The notes beneath the pieces are model-generated. The model searched no databases, was not told the DNA's origin, and saw only the letters and a program-made list of their open reading frames with translations. Shown here one piece after another: positions 59,112 to 64,000 of a stretch of DNA of 64,000 bases. The position numbers and the translations under genes are program-made. Source of the stretch: a virus; IMG/VR virus record IMGVR_UViG_3300009151_000031. One strand, 5' to 3'. Numbering within the stretch: the stretch's first letter is position 1; every line of letters begins with the position of its first letter.

Positions 59112-59941
59112 TACATCGAGATTTTCTAGATCCTGACTTTAGAAAAAATAGAGATCCACGACGTGGATTACCTTCAACTGATTCTCTTACTATTCGCAAA
59201 CACGAAATACTATTGCCTAGATCTGTTGTTGAAGGCAAACGTGTATTAGACCTAGGTAGCTTCATTGGTGCTACCGGAGACTGGTGTTTAAAAAATGGTG
59301 CCAAGGAATATGTTGGAGTTGAAATCAGTGCTGAGTTTAACAATATAGCTAAACAGGCACTGACCAAATATCACTCGGGACAAAATTGGACTTGTATCAA
59401 CCAGGGTTTTGATCAATTCTTTGCTGACAATACAGACAAGTTTGATATTGTATTTGCCTGGGGTGTAGTACATCATACATTCGACCATGTATGGTTCCTA
59501 AGGAATCTAGCTCTACGTGGAGACCATGTTATTGTTGCCGCCCGTCCGCCCAAGGTAATGTGGCGAGGACAGGCAGATTCTATTTCAGATGAATTTCTAA
59601 AACAATTAGAATACGATATCCCATACACTGAATACCACAATGGCGAAATGAGTTTAATGTATAAACCCGGTATTAGCATACAATGTACATCTGCTAATTC
59701 TAGTTTGGCCGCTGTAAAAACTATTATGGGACTAGAAGGTTTTGGTGCCGACCTAACAGCACACGAACAATTTAAACAACTACAGCCCAACGATTTTGGC
59801 ATATTCAAAGATTTTGATCACCCGGGCATGTATGTAATTAATTTTTACCGAAACCAAATTAAGCAGTACAATACCTACGAAGAGTTTCATTACAACACTG
59901 AGTTATTTCAGAACCAAACTACTTCAATTTGGGGCAAATAG
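59108..59941 (+). CDS. SAM-dependent methyltransferase (CmoB/DUF1698-like)
   Basis: EGKRVLDLGS...GAKEYVGVE, FDIVFAWGVVHH. Confidence 0.65.
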   Translation: MIHRDFLDPDFRKNRDPRRGLPSTDSLTIRKHEILLPRSVVEGKRVLDLGSFIGATGDWCLKNGAKEYVGVEISAEFNNIAKQALTKYHSGQNWTCINQGFDQFFADNTDKFDIVFAWGVVHHTFDHVWFLRNLALRGDHVIVAARPPKVMWRGQADSISDEFLKQLEYDIPYTEYHNGEMSLMYKPGISIQCTSANSSLAAVKTIMGLEGFGADLTAHEQFKQLQPNDFGIFKDFDHPGMYVINFYRNQIKQYNTYEEFHYNTELFQNQTTSIWGK

Positions 59942-59978
59942 GATTGACACACAACTATTAATATAGTATAATGTTCAT

Positions 59979-60527
59979 ATGGACATAATGCTTGATTTAG
60001 AATCTTTAGGAACACGCCCAGATTGTGCAATCTTAACTTTGGGTGCTGTTAAATTTGATCCCTTTACTCCCGACGCATTTGGCGATAGTTTATATCTACG
60101 TATTGATGTAGATGAACAGCTAGCCCTGGGTCGAGAAGTACAAGAAGATACACTTGCTTGGTGGTCGACCCAAGCAGAAGACGTTCGTGAGGAAGCCCTA
60201 GGACTAGGTAACCGTGTTAGCCTAGAATCAATGTATCGTCAACTAAACAAGTTTTGTGTTGGTGTAGAAAACATCTGGTGCCAAGGTCCTGCGTTTGACA
60301 TTGTTATACTAGAAAACATTTATCGCCAATTGGGTTGGCCTACGCCATGGCAGTACTGGCAAATACGTGATAGCCGTACCTTATTTGGTGTACATGGAGA
60401 CCCACGTGAAAAGAACAAAGCTGGCTTACACAATGCCTTAGAAGATTGCGTTAGTCAGGCACAAGGTGTACAAGCAGTATACCACGCACTTAAATTAGAA
60501 AAGCGAACTTATGCGAATTCTAGATGA
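59979..60527 (+). CDS. DEDDh 3'-5' exoribonuclease (Rv2179c-like)
   Basis: [27 protein letters not shown]; promoter TTGACA-17-TATAAT at 59944-59972. Confidence 0.85.
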   Translation: MDIMLDLESLGTRPDCAILTLGAVKFDPFTPDAFGDSLYLRIDVDEQLALGREVQEDTLAWWSTQAEDVREEALGLGNRVSLESMYRQLNKFCVGVENIWCQGPAFDIVILENIYRQLGWPTPWQYWQIRDSRTLFGVHGDPREKNKAGLHNALEDCVSQAQGVQAVYHALKLEKRTYANSR

Positions 60528-61530
60528 TGTTAAACTAGATTTTAAAGATGTACTGTTTGTTCCTAAACGTAGTACATTGCGTTCACGTAGCGATGTAGAT
60601 TTAAATCGCAATTATGTTTTTAAGCATAGCCAGCAAACATTTAGCGGTGTTCCTATCATGGCCAGTAACATGGATGGTGTTGGTACATTTGAAATGGCCA
60701 ATGCGCTACAATCATTTCCGTTGTTTACTTGTTTGGTCAAAAGTTACGGATTGCCTGACTGGAATACCTATCAAGATTTTGATGAAAATTACACAGCAAT
60801 CAGTACGGGCATTGGAGAAAATGATTGGACTAGATTACAATCAGTATTAATAGCACACAGTAGAATTAAATATATTTGTATTGATATAGCAAATGGATAC
60901 AGCGAATACTTTGGAGACTTTGTTGCTCGAGTTCGCGCCAAGTACCCAGATAAAACTATTATTGCTGGTAATGTTGTTACAGCAGATATGACACAGGAGT
61001 TAATATTACGTGGAGCAGATATTGTCAAAGTTGGTATTGGTCCGGGAAGTGTTTGCACTACTCGAAAACAAACGGGTGTGGGCTATCCTCAGCTTAGTGC
61101 TATTATTGAGTGTAGTGATGCCGCTCATGGTTTGGGTGGGCATATTATTGCTGACGGCGGATGCACAAACCCTGGAGACGTCGCTAAGGCTTTCGGCGGA
61201 GGCGCTGACTTTGTAATGCTCGGAGGCATGCTTGCCGGACACAATGAGGGTGGCGGCGAAGTTAAAGATGGACTAGTTACATTTTACGGAATGAGTTCGG
61301 ACACAGCTATGGAAAAACATAGTGGCGGTGTAGCACAATATCGTAGTAGCGAAGGCAAGACAGTTTCAGTTCCATATCGTGGCGCAGTAGAAAATACTGT
61401 ACTAGATATACTCGGTGGACTACGTAGTACCTGCACTTATGTCGGAGCATCTACTTTAAAACAACTAAGTAAATGTACAACCTTTGCTCGTGTAACACAG
61501 CAGTTGAATACAGTATATGGAAATTCATAA
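60511..61530 (+). CDS. guaC: GMP reductase
   Basis: [49 protein letters not shown]. Confidence 0.93.
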   Translation: MRILDDVKLDFKDVLFVPKRSTLRSRSDVDLNRNYVFKHSQQTFSGVPIMASNMDGVGTFEMANALQSFPLFTCLVKSYGLPDWNTYQDFDENYTAISTGIGENDWTRLQSVLIAHSRIKYICIDIANGYSEYFGDFVARVRAKYPDKTIIAGNVVTADMTQELILRGADIVKVGIGPGSVCTTRKQTGVGYPQLSAIIECSDAAHGLGGHIIADGGCTNPGDVAKAFGGGADFVMLGGMLAGHNEGGGEVKDGLVTFYGMSSDTAMEKHSGGVAQYRSSEGKTVSVPYRGAVENTVLDILGGLRSTCTYVGASTLKQLSKCTTFARVTQQLNTVYGNS

Positions 61531-61838
61531 TGCAAATAGTTTGGGATCCAGAAGTAATAGAACAATTACGTAAAAGTCAAACGGTGTTGGAACTTGAAAC
61601 ATTTCAAGTTGAAGATCGAACATTGACAGCATATTGTGTTGTGCCAGCTGAAAAAATCTTTAGTGAAATGGCACAGTTAAACAACTATATTGATTTACAC
61701 AAAGGCTTTATAGTAGCACTTAATAAAAAAAACTATAAGCTCTGTGAAGATATTGCAGAGCATCTAAAGGGCAAATTCGGTGGAGAGCTAGATAGTTTTT
61801 ACAATGAGATATTAAGGAGGATTGCCAGTGCCAAATGA
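61530..61838 (+). CDS. Hypothetical protein
   Basis: Start set to ATG 61530; HLKGKFGGELDSFY. Confidence 0.65.
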   Translation: MQIVWDPEVIEQLRKSQTVLELETFQVEDRTLTAYCVVPAEKIFSEMAQLNNYIDLHKGFIVALNKKNYKLCEDIAEHLKGKFGGELDSFYNEILRRIASAK

Positions 61839-62469
61839 ATCTTGGAAATTTGATAAGTCTATAGCTGGCGTATTTGTTGACCATGCACGTAAGCACATAC
61901 CAAACTACGAAACTGTAATTCAAAAAGCAATTAATTTAACTAATCTCAAATTAAAAAAAACAGATAAAATCCTAGACTTTGGGTGTGCTACTGGCCGCAC
62001 CTTAGAACTGTTTAAATTAGCCGGGTACGATAACTTATACGGAATAGATAATAGTCAGGCCATGTTGGATCAATGCAACATACACGCAGATTATCTATGC
62101 TTGGACACAGTACCAGAGTCGTATAAAGATTTTAATTTAATATTGTCTAATTGGACGTTACATTTTTCTGATACTGACGTTAAAGTATCTATACTAAAAA
62201 ATATCTATAGCGCACTGGTTGTTGATGGATATTTTGTTGTATCAGAAAAAGTAACAGAAGACCCTGAACTTATAGATCTTTACTACGAGTGGAAATTCTT
62301 CCAAGGTGTGTCTAGAGAAGAAATAGAACTTAAAAAGAAACAATTAGTTGGCGTAATGAAACCTGAATCTCATGAGTGGTGGCTTAAAACGTTAACATTG
62401 TTGGGATTTAGAAAAATTGCTGTTATTGATGCTGACTGGTGTTTTACTACATTCATGTGTATAAAATGA
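61822..62469 (+). CDS. SAM-dependent methyltransferase, CmoA-like
   Basis: WKFDKSIAGVFVDHARKHIPNY resembles the CmoA N-terminus; ILDFGCATG; GYFVVSEK. Confidence 0.65.
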   Translation: MPVPNESWKFDKSIAGVFVDHARKHIPNYETVIQKAINLTNLKLKKTDKILDFGCATGRTLELFKLAGYDNLYGIDNSQAMLDQCNIHADYLCLDTVPESYKDFNLILSNWTLHFSDTDVKVSILKNIYSALVVDGYFVVSEKVTEDPELIDLYYEWKFFQGVSREEIELKKKQLVGVMKPESHEWWLKTLTLLGFRKIAVIDADWCFTTFMCIK

Positions 62470-63617
62470 TCAAACCTAATTCATCACACGGCTATTATAC
62501 TGTCGGCGACCAAATTTATCTAAACAAACCTGAGGCACTATACCAAGCGTCTATGCGGAAGCAAACTGTCGAATGGCATTTTCATGATGATGTATTTGGC
62601 GCAATAGATTGGACGGTACGTCCGGCAGGTACTATTAGGGAATTATATAAACAACGTGCCCAACAACTGAGAGACAATTACGATTATATCATTGTAAACT
62701 TCAGTGGTGGGTCAGATTCGTGGACAGTACTTAATTCATTCCTGGCCAACGGAATACAGGTCGACGAAGTATATACCCGTTGGGGTAGAGCTGAGAGAAA
62801 CTATAGGGCAGCCAATCCCACTGACTTTGATGCTGGAAACTTGGGTAGTGAGTACGAATATGCTGTGGTCCCGGTATTAGAATATATTGAAAAAAACTAC
62901 CCAAAGATAAACATAGTGGTCAATGATTATTCAGAATGTTTACAGGGCGAGTTAACTGAAAAAATGTTTTTTCAATCTAATCAGTATCAGGCAATGCCTA
63001 GCTTTTTTAGATTTAATCAAAAATCCACGTACGAACTAGAACAAGAACGTAAACATAAACGAATTGCTGTAGTACACGGATACGATAAAATTCGCTGTAC
63101 AAGCAAAGATGGTAATTTGTATTCGTACTTTACAGATACTATTGGCGGAACCAATGACGATCCTAGTAGGCAGTTTGAATTATTTTACTGGACACCAGAT
63201 TTTCCTAGTATTCCTGTATTACAGTCGCATTGTATTAAAGATTTTTTTAAAGAACGCCCTGAATTTATCAAGTCATTGATGTCTAAGTATTACCCGCCAA
63301 GCAACGAAGAATATTATAAGTTAGTGCATAGAGAAGTATGTTATCCTGATTACGATCCCACTACTTTTCAAGTTGGAAAATCACGGGGATCCATATTATG
63401 GAAAAGTGATTCGTGGATCATGAGTTACAGTCCCGATTATTATAAGTCTTGGCGATGGGCCACCGGACAATTTACAAAATCAATTGATGATCAATATCTT
63501 TCAAAACTTAGTGGAGTTACTGTAGGATTAAAACCCTATAGAAGCCCACTGTATCTTGTGTCAACGGGCGAGAACCTAACACCTTTTGCTGTTAGGGTTG
63601 ACATGATTATCAAATAA
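62466..63617 (+). CDS. PP-loop (adenine nucleotide alpha-hydrolase-like) protein
   Basis: IVNFSGGSDS (SGGxDS); start set to ATG 62466 overlapping the upstream stop. Confidence 0.65.
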   Translation: MIKPNSSHGYYTVGDQIYLNKPEALYQASMRKQTVEWHFHDDVFGAIDWTVRPAGTIRELYKQRAQQLRDNYDYIIVNFSGGSDSWTVLNSFLANGIQVDEVYTRWGRAERNYRAANPTDFDAGNLGSEYEYAVVPVLEYIEKNYPKINIVVNDYSECLQGELTEKMFFQSNQYQAMPSFFRFNQKSTYELEQERKHKRIAVVHGYDKIRCTSKDGNLYSYFTDTIGGTNDDPSRQFELFYWTPDFPSIPVLQSHCIKDFFKERPEFIKSLMSKYYPPSNEEYYKLVHREVCYPDYDPTTFQVGKSRGSILWKSDSWIMSYSPDYYKSWRWATGQFTKSIDDQYLSKLSGVTVGLKPYRSPLYLVSTGENLTPFAVRVDMIIK

Positions 63618-63710
63618 GCCCACATCATTTGTTCTAGATCCTACGATAAATATACGTAGGAGCGAGGTCTCACGACTTTACTACCATTATAATTATAAAA
63701 GAGGTAGGAT

Positions 63711-64000
63711 ATGTGTATGATCAAAAAAACAATCATTATATGTTGTTTATCTTCAACAGCCGTATTCGCGGCGCCAATGGCTGACTACACATTTAAGAGC
63801 CCAAGTTTCAATGGATCGGGTTACAGTAGTCACGTGCTGACAATTGAGAACCAAGAGTTTACTAGAAGAAATCAGTTACAAAAAGATATACAAGCCGCAT
63901 TAGATAAAGCCGCCTCTGATGCTAAAAATACAAATATTGCTAAGTTTATGAACAACTTAGAATCACGTATCTATGCTCAGATTAGTCAAAATTTAGCTAC
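63711..64000 (+). CDS. csgF: Curli assembly CsgF-like protein (3'-truncated by window; not in ORF track)
   Basis: Signal peptide, then YTFKSPSFNGSGYSSHVLTIENQE...AKFMNNLESRIYAQIS; SD GAGGTAGG. Confidence 0.7.
   Translation, partial: MCMIKKTIIICCLSSTAVFAAPMADYTFKSPSFNGSGYSSHVLTIENQEFTRRNQLQKDIQAALDKAASDAKNTNIAKFMNNLESRIYAQISQNLA

Overview
This window looks like part of a large lytic tailed-phage genome (T4-like, probably jumbo class). It is densely coding and almost entirely on the + strand. Host-like genes (Bug/TctC, IscU/IscA, GroEL, RpoZ) suggest a proteobacterial host, plausibly a betaproteobacterium; this is inference. In order: rpoZ and dCMP deaminase; three tRNAs (Ala-TGC, Ser-GCT, Thr-TGT); an orphan TRAP solute-binding protein; a candidate ~256-nt structured ncRNA; a ~9 kb sugar-nucleotide/glycosyl-/methyltransferase cluster; groES-groEL; an early region with repeated sigma70-type promoters; T4-like replication genes (UvsW-like helicase, gp62-like clamp-loader subunit, primase, DnaB-like helicase) with a ~200-aa miniature DnaE-like protein; probable head/virion proteins including a pol-beta-type nucleotidyltransferase next to a KxDG ligase-like protein; iscU-iscA; a PD-(D/E)XK nuclease; tail proteins; nrdAB-glutaredoxin; PAAR; an SleB-type hydrolase; a second early region with an ArfA-like peptide; UV endonuclease; a long tail fibre; rpsU-hsp20 (ROSE-like thermometer)-clpS; cytidylyltransferase-Bug-methyltransferase; guaC; CmoA-like and PP-loop enzymes; and a truncated CsgF-like gene. 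No CRISPR array, transposase, integrase, intron/intein or DGR was seen. All family assignments come from motifs recognised by eye, not from database searches.
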